Below, piece by piece: positions 50,512-64,000 of a stretch of DNA of 64,000 bases. The translations under genes were made by a program, and so were the position numbers. Position 1 is the stretch's first letter; every line of letters starts with the position of its first letter. The notes below the pieces were generated by a model. That model was not told the origin of the DNA and made no database searches. It worked only from the letters and a program-made list of their open reading frames with translations. The DNA is from Eledone cirrhosa (Eukaryota): NCBI GenBank assembly GCA_964016885.1, contig OZ024743.1, forward strand, positions 325,438,001-325,502,000, given 5' to 3'.

Positions 50512-52415
50512 ATACTTTGGGTGGGTCATGTTGCCAATAAGAAACACACGCACCATTTGCTTTCACTTCAATTTATTATAAATTAAATTTATAAATTTAG
50601 GAATTTATAAATTTCCGGTCGGTTAGTTGGTTCCACAACCAGATGATTGTTCATATATTGTCAAAGTTCTTTCGTCACACATTCTGTGACCTCTTCAGTG
50701 ACTGGGGATTCTTTCCTTTGTTTTTTGTGCCTCTCCTTTGTTCTGTCCTACGCCATCTTGTTTTTGTGTGTGTTGTGTGCTTAGTTTGCGCATGTGTTAC
50801 ATCTGGGTGTCTGTGTGTTTATATTTGTTTATTTATTTGTTTATTTACATGTTACTGGTTGGTTGTTTGTTCTATGTGTGTGTGTTTTCATTTTGTCCTT
50901 AATTGTAAGTTGTGATGTTGCTGTTCCATTCATGTTTTCTATTTAATTTTGGTTGGAGTTCATTTATGTTTATTGCTTCTGTGATTTGTCTAAACATTGC
51001 GTCTTTTCTGTGTGTAGATTCTATTTTTATTTCTATGGTCTCTAATAATTTACCCTTATGTTCTATTTTAGCATGTTGGTGGAGTACAGATGATTCTTTA
51101 CTATCTTGAAGCTCTCGCCAGTGTTCATTTATCCGTTCCCCTATACTACGAGCCGTCTCACCTATGTACACTATATTCTTATCTCTACATTGTCCTTCAG
51201 TACATCTTATGCTATATACTACATTTCTAGTTTTACAGTTAATATAGGAGCTTAGTTTACAGATTATACATTCCTTATCTATACAGGGAGGTCTTTGAAA
51301 AGGGTATGTATTGCTAATAAGTGTTTTTATGGAGGTATCTGGTCTTTCTACTATCTTAATATTGAGTTTATGTTTATCTAGGGCCCTTCTAAATTTGTAA
51401 GCTAATTCACCTCTAGGGGTTGTATCGATGAACATTACACTCTGGTATTTATTGCTATCATACCATGAGTTTATTCTATTAACCTTATTCCTAGTTCTTT
51501 CTATTCTATTCCAAAATTTGCTCCTATACAAGGGGCAGGTCCCATTTGTATCATTATTTACCATTTTTTCCCATTTGGAACTAGAGAGACACATTTGGAA
51601 CTACAGAGACACATTTTTTCCCATTTGAAACTAGAGAGACACATACAACACTTCATCCACCGTATGCAGTTCTCTGGTTACAATCAGAGAGATAAAATCA
51701 GAGTATATAGAGGAGCCAGAACCAAATGGGAAAAAATGGTAAATAATGATACAAATGGGACCTGCCCCTTGTATAGGAGCAAATTTTGGAATAGAATAGA
51801 AAGAACTAGGAATAATGTTAATAGAATAAACTCATGGTATGATAGCAATAAATACCAGAGTGTAATGTTCATCAATACAACCCCTAGTGGTGAATTAGCT
51901 TACAAATTTAGAAGGGCCCTAGATAAACATAAACTCAATATTAAGATAGTAGAAAGACCAGATACCTCCATAAAAACACTTATTAGCAAAGACCTCCCTG
52001 TATAGATAATAAATGTATAACCTGTAAATTAAGCCCCCATATTAACTGTAAAACTAGAAATGTAGTATATAGCATAAGATGTACTGAAGGACAATGTAAA
52101 GATAAGAATATAGTGTACATAGGTGAGACAGCTCGTAGTATAGGGGAATGGATAAATGAACACTGGCGAGAGCTTCAAGATAGTAAAGAATCATCTGTAC
52201 TCCACCAACATGCTAAAATAGAACATAAGGGTAAATTATTAGAGACCATAGAAATAAAAATAGAATCTACACACAGAAAAGACGCAATGTTTAGACAAAT
52301 CACAGAAGCAATAAACATAAATGAACTCCAACCAAAATTAAATAGAAAACATGAATGGAACAGCAACATCACAACTTACAATTAAGGACAAAATGAAAAC
52401 ACACACACATAGAAC
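50508..52415. mobile_element. Penelope-like element (Naiad-like), two inverted 3' halves
   Basis: ORF 50899-51594 (-) is mirrored by 51615-52385 (+); SGY..R, PLYR..W, TP.GELA, C-x4-C-x2-C, NVVY...YIGET GIY-YIG motifs. Confidence 0.88.
50660..50702 (-). ncRNA. Type I hammerhead in the Penelope 3' UTR
   Basis: GTCA-CTGAAGA-G-GTCACA gaatg TGTGAC-GAA-AG AA CT-T-TGAC, on the same strand as the ORF. Confidence 0.8.
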
Positions 52416-52529
52416 TCAAGAGCTCAGTCGTTGAGTCGCGACTCTTTATAATATAACCATACTCTTCTATGTATCGAGTACTCTATTGAGTAATGGACTA
52501 ACCATTTTCAAACTGATCCCATCATAATT

Positions 52530-52619
<90 letters not shown>

Positions 52620-52628
52620 TACATACAT

Positions 52629-52668
<40 letters not shown>

Positions 52669-52759
52669 ACATATATAACACCAACCACTTTTCAGCATGT
52701 ACATGGAGAATTTTATCTTGACTCTGGCACTACCACAGGATGGACTGGGTGATTTTTGT

Positions 52760-52801
<42 letters not shown>

Positions 52802-52816
52802 ACAAAAATCACCCAG

Positions 52817-52850
<34 letters not shown>

Positions 52851-53319
52851 TCTAGTCATAGCAAACCTGCCAAGCAAAGGGCCAGAAGGATTCTTTAGCT
52901 GTGACAAAGACATGACAATTTCCTTGGTGTTGGTGCCATAATAAAATGCGTTTCGCAGAATATGAGATCAAATGTTGAGACCCCTGCCCACCTGGAGGTT
53001 AATGGCTCTATTTGAGTATTTACCAGTCTGTGATAATCTGTCTAACCATTGCTAGAAAGGAAAGCGAACACTAAACAATTTTGATGATGATATTGATACA
53101 TACTAGCATAGTACCGATAAAAATGATGAGGTTTATATTGAAAAATATTTAATTGATATTCTATATAATGATGCTTGAATCTTCAGGTTTTCCTTGACAT
53201 TCTTCCTTATGTCACGCTGCTGTATTTCATTTTACATTCATTTAAATAAATTATAATTTTCTTCCATATTTTCTGTATCATTATCAAACATCATCATCGT
53301 CATCATCATCATAATGATA

Positions 53320-53856
53320 ATAATAATTATTATTATTGTGAACAGTCCTCAGGTGCACTACAAGTCATCAAAGGTGCATGTATAGTACATAGAATAATGT
53401 ACAAATGTCAGGGAAGTGAATAGTGTATGAGTCATGATATACATGTGTGCATGTGTATGGAGGGGGAATATTAAGTGTAGTGTTGGCAAATCTCAGGAAG
53501 CATGGAGGTTTTATAGGATGCAGTGTCTTGACAGCTAATAACTGATGCCGGGAGTTTGTTCCATGCTTCAGCAACTCTGAGTGTGAAAATATGTTTCCAA
53601 AAGTCATGGGAGCTGTGCTGTTTCCTGACTTTGTTGGCATGTCCACGTGTGTTAGACACATGGAAATCAAAAAGGTACTCAGGGTTGTTGTTGGCAAGAT
53701 GGTTAATAATTTTGTGGGTGTTTACCAAGTCAGTTGTCAGACGTCGGAGCCTCAATGTATCCATGCCCAGGGAAGCAAGGCGTTCAGAGTATGGTAGATG
53801 TCTGATGGAGGGTATTTGCTTGGTTACATGTCTCTGAACAGTTTCCAGGCGGTCAA
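53320..53856 (-). mobile_element. CR1 3' fragment
   Basis: LETVQRHVTK..PYSERL..NTRGH..WNKLP. Confidence 0.92.
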
Positions 53857-54040
53857 TCATCATCATTTCTGTTTAACAGCAATTTTTTTCAATGCTTGCA
53901 TGGGTTAGATGGGTTGTCCATGCTAGGAGAAGCAAGTCTGGCCAGGGCTGGCCATGTGTCGCACCTTGCTTCAGTGAGGACTGTGGTACTCATTAAATTA
54001 TGATAACTTATTCTATCTACTTATCTATCTATCTATCTAT

Positions 54041-55268
54041 CCGTCGTGCCTTGTCCCCGTGAATACCTCACCAAGATAGAATGCATGCTCTTCCAGTTCC
54101 TTTGGAAGAAGCAGACTCCACTGGTGAGGAGATCCGTCTGCTGTCAGCACCCTTCCAATATAGGGCTGGGAATGCCGTGGTTGATGATGTGTAAACACGC
54201 TCTGAGGCTACGGCATCTCCAGGTATTCCTCACTGACCAACCGGTGTGGGCACCGTTTGTGAGACGAGCCTTTCCGCAACTTGTCTCGCTGACGGAACTG
54301 CAGTCCTGGGTCAAGCGGAGAGCGAAGAAAATGGGTGCCTGGCACATTGAATGCGCTCAGGCACTCACAGTCCTCTGTCAAGCGGGCACAGCAATCATTG
54401 GAGACTCCACTTCGTCATTCTATAGAAGGATAGTATGAGACAAGTGCGACAACATGCTCAGAGAGACTCTGGGCGTTGAAGAAGACGAGCTCACCAGTAT
54501 GTTCAGTAGGACTTTCCGCCCGGGACCTATAGACAACTTCCAAAGGTCCCTGGCCTGGCAATGCTACCGAGGGGCTCTACCAGTACACGATAAGAACTGC
54601 GGGCATGGGCACCCCGGCAGGGATCCTTCAAAGAGGACGCGTCCATGATGCGAGTGGGACATTGAAACCGTCCTGCACGCAATTGTACACTGCCCAGGCG
54701 TAATCGTGGAACTACGCAGAACAACTGCTGTCACGTGTGGTACAAATCCAGTTGACTGCCGAGTCCATAGTAAGGATCAAACCGCCACCTTCATTTAGAA
54801 ATGAAAGAGAGACGGTTTTCCTCTGTATAGTGGCTATGGTGAAAGAGGTTATATGGTGGACAAGGTTGAGAAGACTGAGGACATATGCCTTTCTCTCCGG
54901 ACAACAACTCATTCCCTTCTTTAGATACCACTTTAGAAGGAGAATCACCCCAGTAAATTCACTGAAAGGTGGGCGAATGTGGCAAAAATGGCTCAAGTGA
55001 TTGGGCCTTCTCTGTATATAAACCTGTAGGTTGAAGAAGAGAGCAAAAGGAAGAAAGGAGCATTTGCACAACATGCTCCTAGAGTTGAGGGCTGTTCTAT
55101 CTACAGGGTATAAAACAAGCCATTTGTAACACCTCCCCCCTATTGGGGATTTCGATTGTTATATTTTAATGTTAAAACTTTTTTTACACGAGTGTATGTA
55201 AAATCCCCGCCATATGTCTTTGTATTGTCCTCTTTTCTTGTGCACCCATGTGGCAAATAAAGAAATAT
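54041..55268 (+). mobile_element. Diverged Tx1 3' fragment in (ATCT)n
   Basis: FLWK..LGMPWL..LAWQCYRGALPV; ATCT repeats on both sides. Confidence 0.9.
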
Positions 55269-55460
55269 ATCTACCTATCTACCTATTTATCTATCTATCT
55301 GTCTGTCTATCCATCTTTGTACTGCTATCAGGAGTTGTGCTTTGTCGTTGTTCTTCTTCTTGTGTAAACATACACCTGAGCACTGTACACAATAATTTTC
55401 ATTATTATTATTGTTATTATTGTAAATAGACAGTCAGACAGACAAATAAACAAATAGATA

Positions 55461-57915
55461 TCTTTCTTTATTAACACAGGGGCGTACAAAAATGGGACAT
55501 TACAAGACGTGATGGCGGGGGTTTTACATAAAAATCGTATAACTTTAACATTAATAAATAACAATAAACTATATATAATAAAATAACAATTGAAATCCCC
55601 AATAGGGGGGAACGTTACTGCAGGGTTGTTTTACACCCCATGGATAGAACAATCATCAACTCCACGAACACGTTTTGTAGGTGTTCCTGTCTTCCTTCTG
55701 TTTATCTTCCTCAACCTATTGTTGAGGAAGATACAGAGAAGGCCCATTCACTCGGGCCATTTTCGCCACATTCACCCACCTTTCAGCAAATTTACTGGAG
55801 TGTAGCACCTCTCTCTCCACTCTCACCTTTTTTCTGAAGTGGTACTTAAAGAAAGGGATGAGTTGTTGTCCAGAGAGAAAGGTGTTTGCCCTCAGTCGTT
55901 TTAACCTCGTCCACCATATTACCTCTTTCGCCATAGCCACCAGACAGAGGAAAACTGCCTCTCCTTCATTCTTAAATGAAGGTGGCGGGGTTATCCTCAT
56001 GATGGACTCAGCTGACAACTGGATGCGTCCCACACGTGACAGTAGTTGTTTGACATAATTCCACAGGTCGGTCACCCCTCGGCACTGAACAATTGCGTGC
56101 AGAACGGTTTCAATGTCCTGCTCACATCTTCAACAGGGCGTCCGTGCCTGTAGATTTTGTCTTGAACTGATAGAGCTGCTTGGTAGCACTGATAGAGACC
56201 TCTGGAAGTTATCTGTAGGCCCTGGACGGAAAGTCCTCCCGAACAGACTGGTCGGTTCATCCTCCTCGATGCCTAGAGTTTCCTCGTGAACATCGTCGCA
56301 CTTATCCTCCACTAATCCCCTATAGAATGTCAAAGTGGAGTCTCTGCTGATTGCCGTTTCCGCTTGGTAGAGGGCTATGAGCGCCTGAAGGCACTCGAGG
56401 TGCCAGGCACCCATTTTCGGTCTTCGCTTGACCCAGGATTGCAGCTCTGTTAGTGAGACGAGTTGTGGAAGAGCTTGTCTCACAAACGACAGCCACACCG
56501 GTTCACCGGTCAGGAATACCTGGAGATCGCGTAGCCTCAGTGCGTGTTTGCGCATCATCAGCCATGGCCTTCCCAGCCCTCCATTAGAAGGGTGTTGACA
56601 ACAGATGGATCTCCTCACCAATGGACCCTGTTACTTCCAGAGGAACTTGAAAGTAAGCGTTCCATTTTGGTGAGGTATTCGCGGGTACAAGGTACAACTG
56701 TCAAGCGGTAATAGATGACGGACTCTATGTAAGTGTTCGCCACCTCCACTCGACCTTTCAAAGAGATTTTGCACTCAGCCTACTCCTGGGTGAGTGCAAA
56801 CACCTTCGCCGTGACCTCGTTCCAGTTCTTGTCCACCTGGAGCTCTGGACCGAACCAGACCCCAAGCAATTTCACTGGTCCTTCTGTCCAGCATCCAACA
56901 ACACTGTTGGAAGGCATGGGTTTGCCTCTCCATGTGCCGAGTTGCAAACCGACAGACTTGTTTGGGTTTAGTCTTGCTCCTGTCACCGTTTCGTATTCCT
57001 GTAATAGGTTGCTGATTACCCTGATTTCCGAGGTTTTCGACACCATTACGGTTATGCCGTCAGCAGAAGACGATGCTGCTTTCCGCAGTCCTGGTTCGAT
57101 TGGGATGCCTTGCAACAGCTCCAACTTCCGCAGTAACGGCTCGAGAGTCAGTACATACAGAATAGAGGAGAGAGGGCATCCCTGACGGATGGAACGCATG
57201 ATTTGGAATGGCTCTGATAGGCAGCCATTTACCTTGACTGCCGAGCAGATGCTGGTGTGCATGGCAGTGATCCAGCCTTTGAAGACGGGACCGAAGCCGG
57301 CCGCCTTGAGAACCGCTTCCAAATATTGATGCTCAACCCTATCAAATGCCTTAGACTGATCTAAATTGATCAGAGTCCCACTGAAGCCATCGCCGCTTGA
57401 GGTGGAGGTTGTCATGTATGGACCTGGTCGGGATTGCACACATTTGCGCTTCCCCTACCAGATATTCGATGACAAGCGCCAGCCTCGCTGCTAACACCTT
57501 GGCCAAAATCTTTAACTTTGTGTTGAGCAGAGTTATGGGCCTGAAATTGCTTAACTCATCCCCCTTGTTCTCATCTTTCCTGATCAGTGTTACTACGCCT
57601 CTGCCTACAGAACTGGGAATCCTCCCGTTCTGCTGCCAGTTGCAGTAGACCGCTTCGAGGACGCCAGAGAACAAGTCTGGCATGCCTATGTAAAACTCAT
57701 AGGGTAGACCATCTAAACCAGTTGATTTGCGTTTCCCGCAGCGGCCTAGGGCATCTTCTATTTCGCCCGCTGTCATCGGCCTTTCGCGGCTCTCTGCATC
57801 CGTGCTCAACAGTCGTGTTATGCCGTCGAGGTAGGAGCTGGAGTCCATCACCTCCCTCGACGTACTGCTTTGCCCGAACAGTTGTGCAAAATGCTGCTGG
57901 AAGGCCGAGCACATC
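55461..57915 (-). mobile_element. Diverged Tx1, 5'-truncated, in a degenerate GATA tract
   Basis: RT motifs present; apparent target site duplication AACAAATAGATA. Confidence 0.92.
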
Positions 57916-58236
57916 TAACAAATAGATATCTTTCTTAACAAATAGATAAACAAGTAGGTAGGTAAATAAATAGTCAGTTAGGTAGTTAGATTGATAGACA
58001 GACAAAGAGAAAGATAGACAGATAAGTAGGTAGCTAGACAGACAGGAAGATATTGAGGAAAATAGATAAATAGGTAGATAGATAGACAGTTAGATAAGTA
58101 GATCGACATATAGAAAGGTAAATAGATGGACAGGCAGATAGGTAAAGAGACAGGCTGTCAGACAGACAAATAGAGAGGGAAAGGGAGAGAGAGAGAGATC
58201 AATTTTGTTTTTATTGTCAACCTCCCATATATACAT

Positions 58237-59460
58237 AATTGTTTCTACTTTTGGCACAAGGCCAGCAATTATCCCAGTGTATTACTGGTACATTATTTTA
58301 TCGACCCCGTAAGGATGAAAGGCAAAGTTAACCTCGGTGGGATTTGAACTCAGACCATAAAGGGCCGTAACTCTTTGCTGCAAAGCATGGCGTCCGACCC
58401 TTTACCGATACTACCAATCCACCAAAAAAAAAAAAAAAAAAAAAAAATATATACATAATGCTGTATAAATATGTTTTGTGTGTTGTTTCTTTAGTTTGTG
58501 TGCTCTGCACACTGTATTGCCTGCTCTGTTTGCTGTCTTCTAAATGTGTGGTTTGCACTCTGTGTCACCTTTTGCATGTGCCATCTTCTCAATGTCTGGT
58601 CTGCACAATGTCATCTGCTCAGTGGGTGATCCAATCAGTCTGTTGTCAGCTATGAACAGTGTTCTATGTCAATATCTCTGTTTCCCCCTCCCTCTCTCAT
58701 TCACTCTTTCTCCTCTCTCTCCTTCTAGCAAACCGGCTTCTTTACATGCCACACTTAATCTTTTCAAGCTTATGAAAGTGCAAGTGCATTTAATGTATAT
58801 ATATATCATATATACATATATATTACTATATAATAATATATATATATATAGTAATATATATAGTAATATATATAGTAATATATGAGGTTATAGTGTAATA
58901 ATTCACTATTTTCATTGGTAAGAAGAGTTAAACGACCATAGATATATAAATAAATAATAATAATAATTATTGTTTCTACTTTTGGCACAAGGCCAGCAAA
59001 TTACCCAGTACATTACTGGTACTTTATTTTATCGACCCCGTAAGGATGAAAGGCAAAGTTAACCTCGGTGGGAAATGGCTTCTTATATAGGTACAAGGCC
59101 AGCAATTTTGGGAGAGGGGACAGTCGATTAAATAGACCCCAGTGCATGACTGGTACTTTATTTTATTGATCCCCGTAACGATGAAAGGCAAAGTTAACCT
59201 TGGCGAGATTTGAACTCAGATCATAAGGGCCATAACTCTATACTGCAAAGCATAGCGTCCGGCCCTCTACCAATACTCTCAATCCCCTGCCCTTAGATGT
59301 ATGAATAAATAATAATTGTTTCTACTTTTGGCACAAGGCCAGAAATTACCCAGTGCATAACTGGTACTTTATTTTATCGACCCCGTAAGCATGAAAGGCA
59401 AAGTTAAGCTTGGCGGGAGTTGAACTCAGAATGGCAAGGGCCATAACTCTATGCGTCAAA
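58237..59460 (-). mobile_element. Cluster of SINE family 1 copies (58237-58422, ~58965-59295, ~59310-59460)
   Basis: Repeated TGTTTCTACTTTTGGCACAAGGCC...GGCAAAGTTAACCTCGG. Confidence 0.88.
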
Positions 59461-59489
59461 GCATAAATCCTCGGTCTTATTGAATTTTT

Positions 59490-59715
59490 AAAGTGGTCGT
59501 GGAGGTGCCACGGCAAAAAAGCAGCCAGCACTCACTGTAAATGAGGTTGGTGTTAGGAAGGGCATCCAGCTGTAGAAATCAAGCCAGAATCAGTTCTTGT
59601 ATGAGCAAGACATGGCCAGCCGACCGGGCACTGCCCACAACAGGACAACCCGTCTAACCCGTGCTAGCGTGGAAAAGTGGACGTAAAATGATAATGATGA
59701 TGATGATGATGATGA
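59490..59715 (+). mobile_element. RTE 3' UTR fragment
   Basis: Matches 27985-28239, with (GAT)n tail. Confidence 0.85.
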
Positions 59716-59728
59716 TATACATATATTT

Positions 59729-61773
59729 ATTAAAATAACAGATTAAAGTTTAAGCAAAGAATCGCTGCTTTCACCCTTAACGGGATCTTCTGAAACTAAA
59801 AAAATCAATCTGTGAACGCAGAAGTAAATATTTCGAAAAACGTTGCAACCGAAAGAAAACAGAAAGACGATACTTTGGTTCGTGAAGACATTCCCTAGCA
59901 ATGAATGGAAAAAAGCGAAGATAATACGTCATTATGTGGAGCGAGGAGAAAAATTACACGCAAAGACAAAACCATGTTTAGGGTATAAAGTCGTAGACTA
60001 ATATTCTATTTAGGAAACCGAATGATTCTCAGCTTCAAAGTTAAGAATAATGTAAATAATTTAGTAGAACGAAAATGACAGAGGTTATTGAAATCAACAA
60101 TAATTAAATATATACATATATGCACCCACGCATGTGGATACATATAATTATATAAATATACACACATAATTATATAAATATACACACATAAATACGTAAA
60201 TATACACACATAATTATATAAATATACACACATAAATACGTAAATAATGCACACACACATATACCTACAGGTAAATACACATATGTTCACTAAACGTACG
60301 TCAACCAAAACACAAAATACACATATACACACCTTACATACGTGCAAACACGCATACACACGCAAGCACAAAATACATATATACACATAACTATATACAC
60401 AAGTACTAGTATATATAATATAATATATACACCTATAACAAATACAAGCAAATATACGTACGAGAAAGTATACATACCTTCACGAAACATACGGGTAAGG
60501 TATACTTACCTATACAAATAAGTAATGGTATAAACATAACATATACTTAGCTACCACATCAAGGCGTAAATGATCTGCATATTGTTCGTACTATCTGTAA
60601 GGGTATAATGTGGGGCTGTAATACAGGAAAGTTTTATGAAATTTATGTTTACAAGCCGAAATTGCCTCAGATTTTTTGTTTAAGATGTGGTCCTTGGCGT
60701 AGAGTATTTCCAGGGCTTCAGCGGCGCAAAGATCGCATGGTCTTTTATTTCCTTTATACGATCTACCCTAGCTAGGATCTCCCAGTGTAACCTATATTGG
60801 GTGTGGTTGTCTTTTAGACTCCAGATATAAGCTGAAAGTGACGTCATATTCCTTCTTAAAGGATTAAGAAAAGAATGGGTGTGCATGTAAAGACGCTACT
60901 TGAATCTATTGGCGGTTAATCGTAGGCCCTACAGGACGTGGGCGTTTCGACCTTACATTTGTAGACAATGTTACTGGAGAGGCATTTCCTGGATAGAGGG
61001 CAGTCAACTCGGTTCCTACAATTACATTTAGTACTAGCTACAGGGTTGCACGTGTTCCTACGGCTAGGTAATTTAGCTAAATTTGAAGCTGTGATGTTAT
61101 GTGCAAGGTTAGGAGACGTAGAGTAAGATATTTGAATGGTATTTCTATTAAAAATGTTATTATATATATGTGCTGAAGGGAAATGCTTCTTAATAAGGGA
61201 GAGAAAGATCTTAGCTAATGGTGTGGCCACCTCCATATTATATGGATCTATTTTTCCTTTTTCTATCCCCATACTTAGTATATGCTACCTTATCAACAAA
61301 TCCACTCCGAGCAAGAGCTTCATTGTAACATGTGGAATGGTCGGTGAAAATATACTCCTTTGTAGATAGACGGCAAAGCCTCAAAGAAACGTTATTTACC
61401 AGGTTCTTGATTATGTTGGCAGGATGGTTAGAATGCTTACTTATCTAATTAAGCGTATCATTCGGGTTTCTATACGAGTAGTGCAAGCCATTCGATAAAT
61501 TGAGGGTAATATCGAGGTAATTAATGACCGTGAGGTTGGCCTCAACCTGTATGGAGAGGTTGAAGCCTTTAAAGAAGGCTGTGAGTTCTTTTCTGAACCT
61601 GTCGCAAGCGCGTGGACCGTACTTTGTCATGGTCAAAAGACCAAGCAGCGATTCTTTGCTTAAACTTTAATCTGTTATTTTAATAAATATTTGCCCTAGG
61701 GTTCTTATATATTTGATATATATTTTTCCTTATCGAGCCCTCTTTGGATTTTAGTCTTCAAATGTATTATTAT

Positions 61774-61780
<7 letters not shown>
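59729..61780 (-). mobile_element. Penelope-like element, 5'-truncated, with 3' pLTR and inverted 5' pLTR piece (clade uncertain)
   Basis: NYLDITLNL, KHFP..IFN.NT..ISYS, CNCR..CPL..CL..NIVY; 61664-61688 is the reverse complement of 59729-59768. Confidence 0.88.
59747..59797 (-). ncRNA. Type I hammerhead-like motif with CAGAAGA core
   Basis: AGTTT-CAGAAGA-TCCC GTTAA GGGT-GAA-AGCA gcgattctt TGCT-T-AAACT. Confidence 0.7.
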
Positions 61781-61814
<34 letters not shown>

Positions 61815-62246
61815 AATATAAATTAGCGAGAATCGTATTTCGGCTATTGGAAATCAGCGAAAAACAACTTCCAAGATGTGTGGCAAGCGCTCAATAGATT
61901 CTAACGAACCAGAGCTACAACATACGTTAAAGGGCCAAACACACTGAGACGATGGTTAAACCATTATCCGCACAGCCATAGAAACGACCAAGTAATTCGG
62001 GTCAAACAAATAAAAAAATATGATTGAAAAATTTGTCTACATTGTTGGATTTCTGTGATCACCTTATGGACATGTGTTGGTAAATATTAATGTTTTTTAA
62101 TAGATTCTGAAGAGATCAATAGAGCAGGAATGAGTATTTCTGTTGTGTTAATCAAAACTTTCACCAATCAATTAAATGATTTGATTTAATTTAAATCCTG
62201 GTTATTTTTATTCATTTATAGATATCATAACTTAAGATATCATATG

Positions 62247-62553
62247 CAGGGTTGGATTTAGACCTTTGTGGGGGGAGGGGGCGTACTTCACGTTTAGCAG
62301 GGTCTCCTTTTATACACAAAAAATTAAAATACACAGCAAAGCTCCCAATTTTACATATCAAAGTTGGCGCAAGTTATTGGAATTGAAACGTTACACACAG
62401 GTATTAAATTAAAATATTCTAACTATCCTAAAACTAAAAGGCCCAGTTGAGGGCACTAATTAATTGCTATGGCCATCGCTGGTGGGGCTCCCCACTGCAA
62501 TGAGCCAGAAGCAATTGCCCCTTTTGACACAACCCCCCCCCCCCCCCTCTGAT
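62247..62553. mobile_element. Possible hAT-type MITE
   Basis: CAGGGTTGGATTTAG start with complementary G-rich and C-rich ends. Confidence 0.35.
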
Positions 62554-62775
62554 CATACATAACATATATAATATGCATGAGGATTATGTTTCTCAGTAGA
62601 AAAGCTAAGACTTTTCCACCTTAAAGTATGTACTTTTTCCTAAATATTATATGCTTTATATATATGCACAAAATACTACGTGTTTCTCAAACGATATATG
62701 GCTCTTTCTCTCTCTATATATCTTTATATATGTATATAAGAAGACACAGTTCTATTTTTTCATACAATAAATTAA

Positions 62776-63166
62776 ATAATTGTTTCTACTTTTGGCACAA
62801 AGCCAGCAAAAACCCAGTGCATAACTGGTACTTTATTTTATCGACCCCGTAAGGATGAAAGGCAAAGTTAACCTCGGCAGGATTTGAACTCAGACTATAA
62901 AGGGACGTAACCATTCTAGAAAGCATGGCGTCCAACCCTCTACCGATACTGCCAATTCACCGCCCTATATATTAAATAATTGTTTCTACTATTGGCACAA
63001 GGCCAGCAATTACCCAGTACATTACTGGTACTTTATTTTATCGACCTCGTAAGGATGAAAGGCAAAGTTAACCTCGGCGGGATTTGAACTCAGAATGGCA
63101 AGGGCCGTAACTCTATGCATCAAAGCAAGGCATCCGACCCTCTACCGATACTGCCAATTCACCGCC
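62776..63166 (-). mobile_element. Tandem dimer of SINE family 1
   Basis: Two full copies separated and flanked by ATTAAATAAT. Confidence 0.9.
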
Positions 63167-63319
63167 CTATATATTAAATAATGATCATTGCACACATTTC
63201 AGGGATATCAGACAATTGTTAGGTAGATAGATACATAGATTGATTGATCTTGTTTTAATTGTCTGAACTTCATACATATATGTATGTTTTTATATGTATA
63301 TATATTAAAAACTGAAATA

Positions 63320-64000
63320 TATGCTGCTCTCTTATTTTTTAAAAAATCTGGTTTCTAATATTAGTCGTAGGATTTCAAACATTTCATCCACTAAGGAGAT
63401 TATTGATAAGGCAGCACCGTACTTCAAGGCCTTTCTAGATTGTGGTTTCAAGGACAAAATTAGATACCTAAACAACCCACACTCAACAGCAATAAAAGCA
63501 AAAATAGAAATAGAAAAATAAGTTGGTACATCCCCCATGCTCTTAATATAAAGACTAATGGAGATAAGAAATTCTTAGATTTGATGAATAAGCATTTTCC
63601 CCTGCAATATAGATATGATAAAGTATTCAGTAAGCATTCTGTGAATCAAAGTTATTCCTGCAGTCCCTCCACAAGGTCGAAAATAACTGCTAAACAAAAA
63701 CTGATCCAGAATGCTCTTGTAGGATAATGGAAAATTCTCCCCAGCAGCAGAGTTGTGATATATAGTTTATTACATATGAGGCTGAGGTTACACCTTTCAC
63801 CACTAACCATGCAAAGAGCAGAGAAAGATATGTGGGAAAAGTACAAGATCATTTTAAACAACGATCCTACTCAACTGCCTCTTCCTTTAGGCAACTTGAA
63901 ATGAAGAACAGCATGGCTTTGGTGAAGTTAAAAGATAAAGGAGTCCCTTATTAAATAAAATGGAGAATGCTAAAGAAGTCCAGATCATACATCAATAAAA
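63320..64000 (+). mobile_element. Degenerate Penelope-like fragment running off the window end
   Basis: NISRRISNISS..I..KAAPY...GFKDKI..KHFP motifs. Confidence 0.75.

Noticed and set aside
50700-51594. Selenocysteine codon or SECIS element, as reported in some Naiad elements
   Set aside because: The visible ORF has ordinary Cys codons with no in-frame TGA, and no SECIS-like hairpin was seen in the 3' UTR

Overview
AT-rich, microsatellite-dense eukaryotic DNA. The repeat complement strongly suggests an octopod cephalopod, but that is inferred from repeat families only. Most of the window looks like intron or intergenic sequence packed with transposable elements. Two phase-compatible + strand exons (1204-1400, 4520-4655) of an unidentified host gene sit near the start. 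Retroelements: a near-full RTE LINE with a PHD finger inside its RT (24967-28239) plus many fragments; a near-full R4/Dong-like element with a restriction-like endonuclease in a (CATA)n tract (29925-34092); Tx1/L1 copies in (GATA)n tracts; CR1 fragments; three Penelope-like GIY-YIG remnants; two tRNA-derived SINE lineages. Several MITEs are also present. Two themes stand out. First, there are many hand-folded type I hammerhead motifs in fold-back Penelope pLTR or retrozyme-like elements, two families of which keep non-canonical cores in every copy (CAGAAGA in four copies; CUGAGAA with a branched stem II in both arms). Second, different retroelements partition tetranucleotide microsatellites among them, including a ~605-bp non-coding element with (ATGT)n flanks whose tract hosts the R4 element. 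All folds and alignments were done by eye; no searches were run.
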